Positions 36,257 through 45,199 of a DNA stretch of 64,000 nucleotides are shown piece by piece; the stretch's first letter is position 1; each line of letters starts with the position of its first letter. The notes beneath the pieces were generated by a model, which was not told the DNA's origin, searched no databases, and was given only the letters and a program-made list of their open reading frames with translations. Source of the stretch: Patescibacteria group bacterium (lineage in GTDB: Bacteria; Patescibacteriota; Patescibacteriia; SG8-24; DYFX01). The stretch is taken from contig CP129476.1 in NCBI GenBank assembly GCA_030583805.1, positions 966,657 through 1,030,656 of the forward strand, written 5' to 3'. The translations under genes and the position numbers were made by a program.

Positions 36257-37969
36257 ATGTACCTGATTGAAGAGCTGAAAACTTCGCTTGCGAAGGCGCT
36301 TTCGAAGGCGACGGGCGAAGAGATCGCGATTGACGCTCTGGAGTATCCGGAGTTGTCCGAAAACGGGGACTTGGCGTTCCCGTGCTTTTCGTTGGCGAAG
36401 AAATTGAAGTCCGCCCCGCCGAAAATTGCCGGTGATCTCGCGGCTGAAGTGAAGCTTCCTAAGGGTTTTGATCGCGTCGAAGCCAAGGGGCCGTATCTCA
36501 ACTTCTTCCTCGACCGCGCGGAGCTGGTTGAGGAGACGGCTGAGGTCGTGCGCAAAGCCGGCGAAGCCTACGGCGACCGCAAGGGCGACCATGCCAGCGT
36601 CATGGTCGAATACATCAGCCCGAACAACAACAAGCCGCTGCATCTCGGTCACGTCCGCAACGGCCTGATCGGCGCCGCTTTGTCGAACCTGTACGAATCC
36701 CAAGGCAAGAAAGTGGCGCGCGCCTTGCTCTTGAACGACCGCGGCCTCGCGATCGCCAAGGCGATGGTCGCCTACGTGAAGTGGGGGAACGAAGCTACGC
36801 CCTCCTCGCTCGGCAAGAAGGGCGACCACTACCTCGGCGACCTTTACGTGATGTACGAGCAGGCGGCGAAAAAGGATGAGAGTTTGGAAAAAGAGGCGCA
36901 CGACGTCATTCGCAAATGGGAAGCCGGCGACGCGGAAACGCGCGCGCTTTGGAAAACCATGAGCGATTGGTGCGAAGCCGGACAGCACGAGACCTACAAG
37001 CGTTTCGGCTTCCGTTTCGACGTCGAATACAAGGAATCGGAAATCTACCAAGAAGGAAAAGACATCGTCGAACTCGGATTGAAAAAAGGCGTCTTCAAAA
37101 AGGACGAAACCGGCGCCGTGTTTGCCGACCTCGAAGCGTACAAACTGCCGAACAAAATCGTGCTCCGGTCGGACGGTACCTCGCTGTACATCACGCAGGA
37201 TATTTTCCTCGCCAAAAAGAAATTCGACGAAGGCGGCATCGACGCTTCGGTCTACGTCGTCGGCAACGAGCAGAATTTGCACTTCCAGCAGCTCTTCAAA
37301 ATTTTGGAGCTGCTCGGTTTCGCGTGGGCGGACAAGGTAAAGCATCTCTCGTACGGCTACGTCACGCTGCCGGAAGGCCGCATGAAGTCGCGCGAGGGCA
37401 CCGTCGTCGACGCCGACGACCTGCTTTCCGCCCTTGAAGCCGACGCGGCCATGGAGATCAAACAGCGCCACGCCACCTTGCCGGACGACGAGCTTGTCCG
37501 CCGCGCGCATTCCGTCGCCCTGGCCGCGGTGAAGTTCTATTTCCTGGAAGTCGACATCTCCTCCGACATGGTCTACGACCCGAAGGCGTCCTTGTCGTTC
37601 ACCGGCAAGACGGGTCCGTATCTCCAATACATGCACGCCCGTATCCGCTCGCTCCTCAAGAAGGCGGAAACGGAAACGAAGGGGGAGGGGGAAGGCCGCA
37701 ACCTCGCGCCGGAAGAGTTCACGCTGGCCTTCGCGCTCGCGCGCTTCCCCGAAGCCGTCCACAGGGCCGCTTCCCAGGACCGTCCGTCGCTCGTGGCCGC
37801 TCACCTGTACGAAACGGCCAAGGCGATCGCCGCGCTCTACGAGAACGCCCCCGTGCTTTCGGCCTCGAAAGAGGATCGCAAGGCGCGTTTGAAGCTGCTT
37901 GAAGCGGCCGCCGTCGTCCTGAAGCGTGGCGCCGAGCTCCTGGGCTTCCCCGTTCCGGAAGAGATGTAA
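36257..37969 (+). CDS. argS: arginine--tRNA ligase
   Basis: N-terminal Arg_tRNA_synt_N-like domain, class I PNNNKPLHLGHVRN motif, C-terminal DALR anticodon-binding domain. 570 aa. Confidence 0.95.
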   Translation: MYLIEELKTSLAKALSKATGEEIAIDALEYPELSENGDLAFPCFSLAKKLKSAPPKIAGDLAAEVKLPKGFDRVEAKGPYLNFFLDRAELVEETAEVVRKAGEAYGDRKGDHASVMVEYISPNNNKPLHLGHVRNGLIGAALSNLYESQGKKVARALLLNDRGLAIAKAMVAYVKWGNEATPSSLGKKGDHYLGDLYVMYEQAAKKDESLEKEAHDVIRKWEAGDAETRALWKTMSDWCEAGQHETYKRFGFRFDVEYKESEIYQEGKDIVELGLKKGVFKKDETGAVFADLEAYKLPNKIVLRSDGTSLYITQDIFLAKKKFDEGGIDASVYVVGNEQNLHFQQLFKILELLGFAWADKVKHLSYGYVTLPEGRMKSREGTVVDADDLLSALEADAAMEIKQRHATLPDDELVRRAHSVALAAVKFYFLEVDISSDMVYDPKASLSFTGKTGPYLQYMHARIRSLLKKAETETKGEGEGRNLAPEEFTLAFALARFPEAVHRAASQDRPSLVAAHLYETAKAIAALYENAPVLSASKEDRKARLKLLEAAAVVLKRGAELLGFPVPEEM

Positions 37970-37992
37970 ACAACGATCTTGTTCATCCCCTG

Positions 37993-38016
37993 AGGGCGCT
38001 TTGCCCTCATTTTTTG
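37993..38016 (+). terminator. rho-independent terminator after argS
   Basis: GAGGGC-GCTT-GCCCTC + ATTTTTTG. Confidence 0.6.
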
Positions 38017-38080
38017 TACGGGGTACAATAGGGAAAGAAATTCACAGCCTGCTTCAGGCATTAACTATTTTCGTGGAGGT

Positions 38081-38542
38081 ATGTTCAAGAATGAGCGAGA
38101 TGTAGCCGTCGGTCAGGAAACCGAAACCGTCATCGCGCCGTCCGTGCGCGTCGAAGGCGACTTCGTCAGCGAAGGCAACGTGCGTATTGAGGGCATGGTG
38201 ACGGGTTCGATCGCCACCGAGCGCGACCTGATCGTCGGTGAAGCGGCCAAGATCACCGCCAACGTCCAAGCGCGCAACGGAACGATCGCCGGCGAACTCC
38301 ACGGCAACCTGCGCGTGTTCGACCGCCTCGAACTCTCCGGAACAGCGCGCGTCTACGGCGACATCCACGCCAAAGTGCTCTCGGTTGCTCCTGGCGCCGT
38401 CATGCGTGGCCAGCTCGTCATCGGCATGGACGTGCAGCCGATGGTCAAAAAAGAAGAAGCAACAGAGGAACGGGCCGCAGCTCCCGCCCGCCCCGTCCGC
38501 ACCGCGCGCGAGAAGAAGATTGAAGAAATCCTCCAGCAGTAA
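38081..38542 (+). CDS. bactofilin family cytoskeletal protein
   Basis: Beta-helical repeats of the bactofilin/DUF583 type (VEGDFVSEGNVRIEGMVTGSI..., ITANVQARNGTIAGELHGNLRVFDRLELSGTARVYGDIHA) with a charged C-terminal tail. Confidence 0.75.
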   Translation: MFKNERDVAVGQETETVIAPSVRVEGDFVSEGNVRIEGMVTGSIATERDLIVGEAAKITANVQARNGTIAGELHGNLRVFDRLELSGTARVYGDIHAKVLSVAPGAVMRGQLVIGMDVQPMVKKEEATEERAAAPARPVRTAREKKIEEILQQ

Positions 38543-38555
38543 TCCCGGCAACAGG

Positions 38556-39335
38556 ATGTACGCCTACGTCTACGACAGCTTCGTCACGGACAAGCGTCAC
38601 GAACGCGTCCTTTCGCGCGTCGAGACGCGCTTGACCGACCTCGGCATCAGCGGGCGCATTGAGCGGCTGACGATGTTCAAGAACATCGGCGAGATCGTGG
38701 CGGATGCGGCCGAGCAAGGCTGCGAAACGATCGTCGCCGTCGGCAACGACGAGACGATCGGCCGCCTGATCGACGCCGTTGGTTCGCACGACATGGCTTT
38801 CGGCGTCATTCCGGTCGGGGACGGTCCGCACCATATCGCCGGACTCCTCGGCGTCGAGGAGGGCGTCGAGGCGTGCAACATCCTCTCTCGCCGCGTGCTG
38901 CATACGGTCGATCTTGGACGCATCAACGGCCATTACTTCCTCTCCTCGGTGCGCATCCCGCGCACGCGCGCCGCGATTTCCTGCAACGGCCAGTACAGCG
39001 TGATTCCCACGGAAGATAACGAGGTTCAAGTGTGCAATCTCGCGCCGATGACCTTGTCGGCGGAAGGGGAGGCGACGATCAGTTCGCCGCGCGACGGTTT
39101 TCTCGAAACGGTTTTCCAGCCGTCGCCGCGCCGCGGTTTCTTCTCGGGACTCTTCCGGAAGGCCGAAGCGCCCGCCGCGCCGACCATCGTGCCGGTGCGC
39201 AAGCTCTCCGTGCGCCACACCCAGCCCGTCACCGTCATTCGCGACGGCCAGCGTCTCTCTTCGAGCGTCCTCGACATCGAGATCCTGCCGAACCGGCTGA
39301 AAGTCATCACGGGCAAAACGAGAAAATTCGAATGA
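38556..39335 (+). CDS. YegS/BmrU/DAGK-catalytic-domain family lipid kinase
   Basis: DAGK_cat-like motifs TIVAVGNDETIGRLIDAVG and FGVIPVGDGPHHIA. The true start is ATG 38556, inside the longer track ORF. Confidence 0.7.
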   Translation: MYAYVYDSFVTDKRHERVLSRVETRLTDLGISGRIERLTMFKNIGEIVADAAEQGCETIVAVGNDETIGRLIDAVGSHDMAFGVIPVGDGPHHIAGLLGVEEGVEACNILSRRVLHTVDLGRINGHYFLSSVRIPRTRAAISCNGQYSVIPTEDNEVQVCNLAPMTLSAEGEATISSPRDGFLETVFQPSPRRGFFSGLFRKAEAPAAPTIVPVRKLSVRHTQPVTVIRDGQRLSSSVLDIEILPNRLKVITGKTRKFE

Positions 39336-39367
39336 CAAAACACCCAGGCAATTGCCTGGGTGTTTTG
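39336..39367. terminator. bidirectional rho-independent terminator
   Basis: AAAA-CACCCAGGC-AATT-GCCTGGGTG-TTTTG lies between the lipid-kinase gene (+) and tRNA-Leu (-). Confidence 0.65.
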
Positions 39368-39454
39368 TGGTGCGGTCGGAGAGACTTGAACTCTCAAGCC
39401 CTTGCGGGCGCTACCACCTCAAGGTAGTGCGTCTGCCAATTTCGCCACGACCGC
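39368..39454 (-). tRNA. tRNA-Leu, anticodon GAG (class II, long variable arm)
   Basis: Minus-strand cloverleaf: acceptor GCGGUCG/CGACCGC, anticodon stem CUACC/GGUAG with loop U-U-GAG-G-U, long variable arm CGCCCGCAAGGGCUU, T-arm GAGAG-UUCAAGU-CUCUC, A73, CCA encoded. 87 nt. Confidence 0.85.
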
Positions 39455-39511
39455 TCGGTCTGGGAACAGGCACACGATACTCCATCGCTCCCTCTTTGGC
39501 AAGACCCTCCG

Positions 39512-39540
39512 GGAAAACAAACAACCCCTTGCGGGGTTGT
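39512..39540 (-). terminator. rho-independent terminator after the RRM gene
   Basis: Minus strand: ACAACCCC-GCAA-GGGGTTGT + TTGTTTT. Confidence 0.55.
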
Positions 39541-39555
39541 CTGCCGGGACCAGTA

Positions 39556-39819
39556 TTACTGGCGCTCCGGGCGGGGCTGGGCTTCGTTCAGGGCAACCGG
39601 ACGACCGACAATTTCCTTGCCGTTCATCTCAGCGATCGCCGTGGCGGCCTCCTCAGGGGAGGACATCTCGACGAAGCCGAAACCGCGCTTGCGGCCGGTC
39701 ATACGGTCGACCGGGATGAACACGGAAACGACCGTACCGAACGGAGCGAAGGCGGCCTTGAGGTCATCCTCGGTGGCCTGAAAAGACAGGCTGCCGACGA
39801 AGATTTTGGCGCTGGCCAT
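39556..39819 (-). CDS. RNA-binding protein with a single RRM domain (glycine-poor Rbp type)
   Basis: MASAKIFVGSLSFQATEDDLKAAFAPFG... (RNP-2-like) and RGFGFVEM (RNP-1). 87 aa. Confidence 0.8.
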   Translation of the reverse strand: MASAKIFVGSLSFQATEDDLKAAFAPFGTVVSVFIPVDRMTGRKRGFGFVEMSSPEEAATAIAEMNGKEIVGRPVALNEAQPRPERQ

Positions 39820-40046
39820 ACTTGCGTTGGGCTTAGCGGGTGAGTTACAAAGGTTCGAAAACCTTTCACTCGTCTTTCGCACTGCGAGCTGGGTATGGCT
39901 GTCGCCGACCTCGTTCCTCGTGCTACGTACGCGTGTAAGGCTAAGGTACACGAACCGGCCACATTTGTCAATGAATCGCCCCTTGCCTGTCAATAGGAGA
40001 GGCGATAGTCTGATGAAGCCCGAGATATCCGAGCCATAGGCGACGA

Positions 40047-40123
40047 GGGCGCTTAGCTCAGCTGGTTAGAGCGACTCGTTTACACCGAGTAGGTCGTGGG
40101 TTCGAATCCTACAGCGCCCACCA
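40047..40123 (+). tRNA. tRNA-Val, anticodon UAC
   Basis: Acceptor GGGCGCU/AGCGCCC, D-arm GCUC-AGCUGGUUA-GAGC, anticodon stem ACUCG/CGAGU with loop U-U-UAC-A-C, T-arm GUGGG-UUCGAAU-CCUAC, A73, CCA encoded. 77 nt. Confidence 0.85.
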
Positions 40124-40174
40124 AAAGGCGATCCGCAAGGGTCGTTTTTTGTTTTCCGGGCCTTAGGCATCTGC

Positions 40175-40180
40175 TATACT
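40175..40180 (+). promoter_or_regulatory. extended -10 TGcTATACT, 8 nt upstream of the ATG at 40189
   Basis: ATCTGCTATACTGTTCTCATATG is nearly identical to the copB-like upstream string. Confidence 0.35.
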
Positions 40181-40188
40181 GTTCTCAT

Positions 40189-40449
40189 ATGATTGGACGC
40201 ATTTTGGGAGGATTGGCGGGGGCGGTGCTCGGATTCCTGCTCGTTTGGAAATCGAACTTCTTCGCTGAAACGTTCGGATCGATTTCGACCTGGGCCGATA
40301 CGCATCTCGGCGGCATGCGCATGGTCTATAAGATGATCGGCGTTTTGATGATCTTCATCTCGTTCCTGGTCATCACGAACCTGCACTTCATTTTCTTCCG
40401 CGCCGTCTTCGGCAGCTTCTTCGGCATTCCCGACGAGGCCGCGCTGTAA
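40189..40449 (+). CDS. small two-TM membrane protein, hypothetical
   Basis: 86 aa with hydrophobic segments LGGLAGAVLGFLLVW and IGVLMIFISFLVI. Confidence 0.45.
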   Translation: MIGRILGGLAGAVLGFLLVWKSNFFAETFGSISTWADTHLGGMRMVYKMIGVLMIFISFLVITNLHFIFFRAVFGSFFGIPDEAAL

Positions 40450-40455
40450 TCTCCT

Positions 40456-41007
40456 ATGGACTACTTGCCGACCGGCCGCTCACTCATCGATCCGTTCAAC
40501 GCCTTGGCGAAGGCGGGCATCCGCGAAGAGATGCGCGTGGCGGATTTCGGCGTCGGTACGGTCGGGCACTTCCTCTTTCCGGCGGCCAAGCTGGTCGGCG
40601 CGAAAGGGCACGTCTACGGCGTCGACATCTTGAAGCCGGTCATCCAAGCGAACCAGAGCCGGATGAAGCTCGCCGGATTCGAGAACGTCGAGCTCGTCTG
40701 GGGCAACTTCGAGCGGCCGATGGGTTCGCGCTTGCCGGACGCCTCGATGGACATGGTCCTCATGATCAACGTCCTGCACGCCGTCGATAAGATGCCGGCC
40801 TTGAAGGAAGCGAAGCGCGTGCTGCATACCGGAGGCATCCTGCTTGTCGTCGAATGGAATCCAGCCGGCGCCGCGCTCGGCCCCGCGTCCGACAAGCGGC
40901 TTTCGAAGGAGCAGGCCTCGGCGCTCGCCGCGGAAGCCGGATATGTCGCGACGGGAAGCTTCGAAGCCGGCAAGCATCACTACGGCCTCGTTCTCAAGAA
41001 GCCCTGA
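40456..41007 (+). CDS. class I SAM-dependent methyltransferase
   Basis: Motif I VADFGVGTVGHFLF, motif post-I VYGVDI, and a later MDMVLMINVLHAV block are consistent with Methyltransf_11/25-type enzymes. Confidence 0.75.
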   Translation: MDYLPTGRSLIDPFNALAKAGIREEMRVADFGVGTVGHFLFPAAKLVGAKGHVYGVDILKPVIQANQSRMKLAGFENVELVWGNFERPMGSRLPDASMDMVLMINVLHAVDKMPALKEAKRVLHTGGILLVVEWNPAGAALGPASDKRLSKEQASALAAEAGYVATGSFEAGKHHYGLVLKKP

Positions 41008-41058
41008 GCGGCCGCTACTTGCATGAAGAGCGGCTTTTTGAGTAGTCTTTGAGCGTTA

Positions 41059-41475
41059 ATGGCAATTCCACCTATGCTTCTCCTCTCTTGGTCGTACTGG
41101 TTCAGCTTTCAAGCTCGCGAACTCATGCCCTCCGTCAAGATGGCGCTTCTCGTGCTGTTCGGCGCGCTCGTCGTGCTCGGCTTCATCGCCGGACGTCTCG
41201 CGAAGAAAAAAACGAGTTCGATGCTGTGGGTCGAGGGCGGCAAGCGCTTCGCTTCCTTCGGATACTGGATGGGCATCATGGGGCTCTTGCTCGTCTTTTT
41301 CACGCACGAGCTCGTGTACTTTTTCGGCGCCCGCTTCTGGTTCCTCGTCTGGCTCGTCCTTGCCGTCTGGTGGCTGATCGCGATCGCCCGCCATCTCCTG
41401 GTCGTCGTGCCGGGGCAGTCGGCGTCCTTCGCCGAGAAGGCGCGCATCGAGAAATGGATTCCGAAAGGAAAGTAA
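41059..41475 (+). CDS. multi-TM membrane protein, hypothetical
   Basis: Four hydrophobic helices. Overlaps the yraN start by 22 nt. Confidence 0.45.
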   Translation: MAIPPMLLLSWSYWFSFQARELMPSVKMALLVLFGALVVLGFIAGRLAKKKTSSMLWVEGGKRFASFGYWMGIMGLLLVFFTHELVYFFGARFWFLVWLVLAVWWLIAIARHLLVVVPGQSASFAEKARIEKWIPKGK

Positions 41476-41816
41476 TCGGCAACAAAGGAGAAGACCTCGC
41501 GGCCGCGTTCCTGCGCTCGCGAGGTTTTCGCATTCTTGAGAGGAACGCCCGCGTTTCCAGAATAGGGGAAATCGATATCGTTGCGCTCGACCGCGAGACG
41601 CTCGTCTTCGTCGAAGTAAAAACGCGGCATGACGTTACGTTCGGTTCGCCGGAGGAAGCGGTCACGGCTTCGAAGCTCCGCACGCTCGCGGCTTGCGCCG
41701 AATCTTGGCAGGCCGCGAAAGGCTGGACGGCGCGTCCGTACCGGATCGACGTCATCGCGGTCGACCTCGCGGGCGGGGAGCCGGCCATCCGGCATCTCGA
41801 AAGCGTCGGCGGTTGA
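41454..41816 (+). CDS. yraN: YraN/UPF0102 family putative endonuclease
   Basis: GEDLAAAFLRSRGFRILERNARVSRIGEIDIVALD...VFVEVKTR matches the UPF0102 (Holliday-junction-resolvase-like fold) consensus. Confidence 0.75.
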   Translation: MDSERKVIGNKGEDLAAAFLRSRGFRILERNARVSRIGEIDIVALDRETLVFVEVKTRHDVTFGSPEEAVTASKLRTLAACAESWQAAKGWTARPYRIDVIAVDLAGGEPAIRHLESVGG

Positions 41817-41900
41817 CGCTTCGTCCGCATTCTGCTATGATCGGTACGTAATGATGCCAGCCTTGAAATGAGGCTGGCATTTTCCATATCAACATCTTCT

Positions 41901-43178
41901 ATGGCCAGTCCTATTGTCCAAGCGATTCAGCAAATTTGCGAGGAAAAGAATATTCCGTACGAGGTCGTGATGGAAACCATCGAGGCCGCTCTTGCGGCCG
42001 CGTTCCGCAAGGATTTCGGCAACAAGAACCAGAACCTCAAGGTCGAGTTCGACCCGGAGACGATGAAGATCCGCGTCTGGGACGAGAAGCTCGTCGTCGA
42101 GGATCAGGAACTCCCGACGGAGGAAGAGCTCGCCGCTCTCGAAGCCGCGCAGGCCTCGGGCGCCGTCGAAGAGCCGCAGCTCGACGAGGAAGGCAATCCG
42201 ATCAAGCGCTTCAACCCGAAGCTCGAGATCATGATTTCGGAAGCCAAGAAGCTGAAGCCGGACGCCGAGATGGGCGAGACGCTCCGCATGGAACTCGAAG
42301 TCCCCGGCGACTTCGGCCGCATGGCGGCGCAGACGGCGAAGCAGGTCATCATCCAGAAGCTCCGTGAAGCCGAACGCGAGAACGTCTTCGGCGAATTCAA
42401 GGGCCGCGAAGGCGAGATCATGAACGGCATCGTTTCCCGCAAGGAAGGCCGTCTCGTGCTGATCGACCTCGGCCGCGTCATGGCCACCATGCCGCCGGAA
42501 GAGCAGATCCCGAGCGAAAACTACGCCTCGGGCGCGCGCTTCAAGGTGTACGTCAGCTCCGTCACGATGACGACCCGCGGCCCGATGATCATCGTTTCGC
42601 GCGCGCATCCGGACATCGTCCGCAAGCTGTTCACGACCGAAATTCCGGAAGTGGCCAGCGGCGCCGTGCAGATCCATTCGGTCGCCCGCGAAGCCGGTTC
42701 GCGCTCGAAGGTCGCCGTTTCCTCGGACGACCCGAACATCGACCCGATCGGTTCGTGCATCGGCCAGCGCGGCACGCGCATCCAGACGATCATCAGCGAG
42801 CTCGGCGGCATGGAGAAAGTCGACGTCATCCTGTATGACAACGACGCCGCGGTTTTCATCGGCAAGGCGCTCGCGCCGGCGAAGGTGAAGCACGTCGATC
42901 TCGACGAAGCGAACCGCATCGCCACGGTGCGCGCCGACGCCGACCAGCTCTCGCTCGCGATCGGCAAGGGCGGACAGAACGTCCGCTTGGCATCCCGCCT
43001 CACGGGCTGGAAGATCAACGTCCTGGACGCGAATGAAACCGCCGTCGCTCCGGAAGCAGCCGAAGAGCCTTCGAAGGAAGAAGCGGCCGCTCCCGACGAG
43101 ATCACCGAAGAGGTGACGGAAGAAATGGACTCGCTTTCGAAAGGCACCGAGGTTCCGTCCGACGAAAAAGGCGAGTAG
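41901..43178 (+). CDS. nusA: transcription termination/antitermination factor NusA
   Basis: N-terminal NusA_N, S1 and tandem KH regions (IDPIGSCIGQRGTRIQTI..., QLSLAIGKGGQNVRLASRLTGW), acidic C-terminal tail. The start at MASPIVQ matches NusA N-terminal alignments. Confidence 0.9.
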   Translation: MASPIVQAIQQICEEKNIPYEVVMETIEAALAAAFRKDFGNKNQNLKVEFDPETMKIRVWDEKLVVEDQELPTEEELAALEAAQASGAVEEPQLDEEGNPIKRFNPKLEIMISEAKKLKPDAEMGETLRMELEVPGDFGRMAAQTAKQVIIQKLREAERENVFGEFKGREGEIMNGIVSRKEGRLVLIDLGRVMATMPPEEQIPSENYASGARFKVYVSSVTMTTRGPMIIVSRAHPDIVRKLFTTEIPEVASGAVQIHSVAREAGSRSKVAVSSDDPNIDPIGSCIGQRGTRIQTIISELGGMEKVDVILYDNDAAVFIGKALAPAKVKHVDLDEANRIATVRADADQLSLAIGKGGQNVRLASRLTGWKINVLDANETAVAPEAAEEPSKEEAAAPDEITEEVTEEMDSLSKGTEVPSDEKGE

Positions 43179-43204
43179 AATATCCGCATACCTAACCCGC
43201 ATCC

Positions 43205-43909
43205 ATGCTTGCGATCTATCACGCGGTCCTCTATCAGCCGATCCTGAACCTGTTGGTCGGCCTGTACGACGTCTTGTTCAGCGACTTCGGTCTCGCGATT
43301 CTGGCGCTCACGGTCATCGTGCGCGGAGTCCTCTGGCCGCTCACCCACAAGGCGCTCGAGAATCAGAAAGCGATGCTCGATATCCAGCCGAAGATCAAAG
43401 AGATCCAGGCGAAGTACAAGGATAATAAAGAGGAGCAGGCCAAGGCTATGATGGCCGTGTATGCGGAACACAAAGTGAGCCCGTTCTCGTCGTGCCTTCC
43501 GCTTCTCGTGCAGCTGCCGCTGTTCATCGCCCTGTACCAGGTGCTTTCGGCGGGTCTCAAATCCGAGAACTTGAACGCGCTCTACGGCTTCGTTCCGAAC
43601 CCCGGAACGATTTCGACCGTGTCGCTGGGCTTCCTCGACCTCGCGCAACGCAGCATCCCGCTCGCGGTCCTCGCGGCGGCCGCCCAGTACGTGCAGGCCA
43701 AGATGATGCAGCGCAAAGACGTGAAGGTGCACGGCGAAGCGAGCAAGGACGAAGACACGATGGCGATCATGAACAAGCAGATGCTCTACATGATGCCGGC
43801 CATGACGCTCTTCATCGGCTGGAACCTGCCTGCCGGTCTCACGCTCTACTGGTTGCTCACCAACTTGGCGATGATTCTCCAGCAGAAGCTGGCCTTCGGC
43901 AAGAAATAA
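43205..43909 (+). CDS. yidC: YidC/Oxa1-family membrane protein insertase (short, Gram-positive/CPR-like form)
   Basis: FGLAILALTVIVRGVLWPL..., hydrophilic loop, ...NLPAGLTLYWLLTNLAMILQQ are the conserved YidC core helices. 234 aa. Confidence 0.85.
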   Translation: MLAIYHAVLYQPILNLLVGLYDVLFSDFGLAILALTVIVRGVLWPLTHKALENQKAMLDIQPKIKEIQAKYKDNKEEQAKAMMAVYAEHKVSPFSSCLPLLVQLPLFIALYQVLSAGLKSENLNALYGFVPNPGTISTVSLGFLDLAQRSIPLAVLAAAAQYVQAKMMQRKDVKVHGEASKDEDTMAIMNKQMLYMMPAMTLFIGWNLPAGLTLYWLLTNLAMILQQKLAFGKK

Positions 43910-43964
43910 TCGACTGGAACAAACGGCGCTTTCCGGCTATGCTGGAAGCGTCGTTTGATTTTCT

Positions 43965-44258
43965 ATGGCTACGCTTGAAGAGAAAAAACTTTTGAAATTG
44001 CCGGTCGAAACCAAGAGCGGAACCTCGCTCGGGCGCGTGCTCGGATTCGATGTCGAGCTCGAGAGCCAGTCGATCCTGCGCTGGCGCGTGCGGCCGAGCG
44101 GCCTCGCTTCGCGCGTGTTGTCGCACCCGCTCATCGTTTCCCGCGAACAAGTCTTGTCGATCACCGAGGAAAAGATGGTCGTCGACGACAACGTCGAAAA
44201 AGAGATGGAATTAGCGAAGGCAAAAGCGATCGGTCTCGTCTCCAATGTCAAAGCATGA
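43965..44258 (+). CDS. small PRC-barrel-like domain protein (tentative)
   Basis: LPVETKSGTSLGRVLGFDVELESQSILRW pattern is reminiscent of PRC-barrel/YlmC-type domains. Weak evidence. Confidence 0.35.
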   Translation: MATLEEKKLLKLPVETKSGTSLGRVLGFDVELESQSILRWRVRPSGLASRVLSHPLIVSREQVLSITEEKMVVDDNVEKEMELAKAKAIGLVSNVKA

Positions 44259-45199
44259 AAAGCGTTTTGGAGGGCATCTTGTCGGCGCTGGCATATCATG
44301 ACGGTTTTGACGCTCCGCTGACCGCGCAAGAAATTTTTTTCGCCCTGCCGGCGACGGAAGGCACGCGCCCGTCGTTTGAGGACGTTGACGCGGCGCTCGC
44401 CGAAGCGTGCGCGCGCGGCCATGTTTCGTCGCGCGAAGGGTTTTATTGCCTGCCCGGACGCGAAGCGGTCGTTTCAGAGCGGAAATCTCGGTACGCGCTC
44501 GCGGAGGGGAAGTACGCGCGCGTAAGAAAATTTTTGCGCCTGGCGAGGCACATTCCCTACGTGCGTGCTGCGTTCGTTTGCAATACGCTGGCGCGTTCGA
44601 ACGCGCGGCCGGAAAGCGACATCGATCTCTATGTGGTCGCCGCGCCGGGCCGCATCTGGTCGACGCGCTTGATCGTGGCCGGCTTGGCCGCGCTCCTCGG
44701 CGTCCGTCCGACCGCGACGGAGTCGGCCGACCGCATCTGTCTCAGCTTTTTCGTGACGGGCGACGCGCTCAACCTGCGCGCCTTGGCGATCGAGGACGAC
44801 GTCTATCTCGCGCATTGGCTCCACGAGCTGTATCCGGTCTACGACGAAGCCGGCATCACGCGGCGTTCATACGTCGAAAACGGCTGGCTGCGGAGCGTCC
44901 TGCCGGAAACGCGGGTGCAAACGCCGTCGCAGCGCCGCGCGCTGCCGTCCAGCTGGCTTTCGGGCAAGCGCACGATCGAACGGGCGCTGGACGCGGCGCT
45001 CGGCGATCGCCTTGAGCGGTGGTCGAAGCGGCGTCAGATGGCGTGGCTGCCGCCCGCCCTTCGCGCCGCCGCCGGCGCCGGATCCTCCAACGTCGTTCTG
45101 AGCGATACGGTGTTGAAGTTCCATGATCACGACCGTCGTACGGAAATCCGCGATCGATATCGCGAAAAAACCGCCCATGTCCTTCGCGCTTTGGCGTGA
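44255..45199 (+). CDS. hypothetical protein
   Basis: 314-aa ORF whose start overlaps the previous stop by 4 nt. Segment SDIDLYVVAAPGRIWSTRLIVAGL is unassigned. Confidence 0.45.
   Translation: MKSVLEGILSALAYHDGFDAPLTAQEIFFALPATEGTRPSFEDVDAALAEACARGHVSSREGFYCLPGREAVVSERKSRYALAEGKYARVRKFLRLARHIPYVRAAFVCNTLARSNARPESDIDLYVVAAPGRIWSTRLIVAGLAALLGVRPTATESADRICLSFFVTGDALNLRALAIEDDVYLAHWLHELYPVYDEAGITRRSYVENGWLRSVLPETRVQTPSQRRALPSSWLSGKRTIERALDAALGDRLERWSKRRQMAWLPPALRAAAGAGSSNVVLSDTVLKFHDHDRRTEIRDRYREKTAHVLRALA

Noticed and set aside
35056-37804. 499-aa and 547-aa minus-strand ORFs
   Set aside because: Antisense to tyrS and argS.
39960-40046. Possible promoter upstream of tRNA-Val(UAC) (TTGTCAATG...CTGTCAATAGG direct repeat)
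   Set aside because: The two TGTCAAT copies are suggestive, but spacing to the tRNA 5' end (>50 nt) and the lack of a convincing -10 box make a promoter call unreliable.
41889-43732. 437-aa and 403-aa minus-strand ORFs
   Set aside because: Antisense to nusA and yidC.
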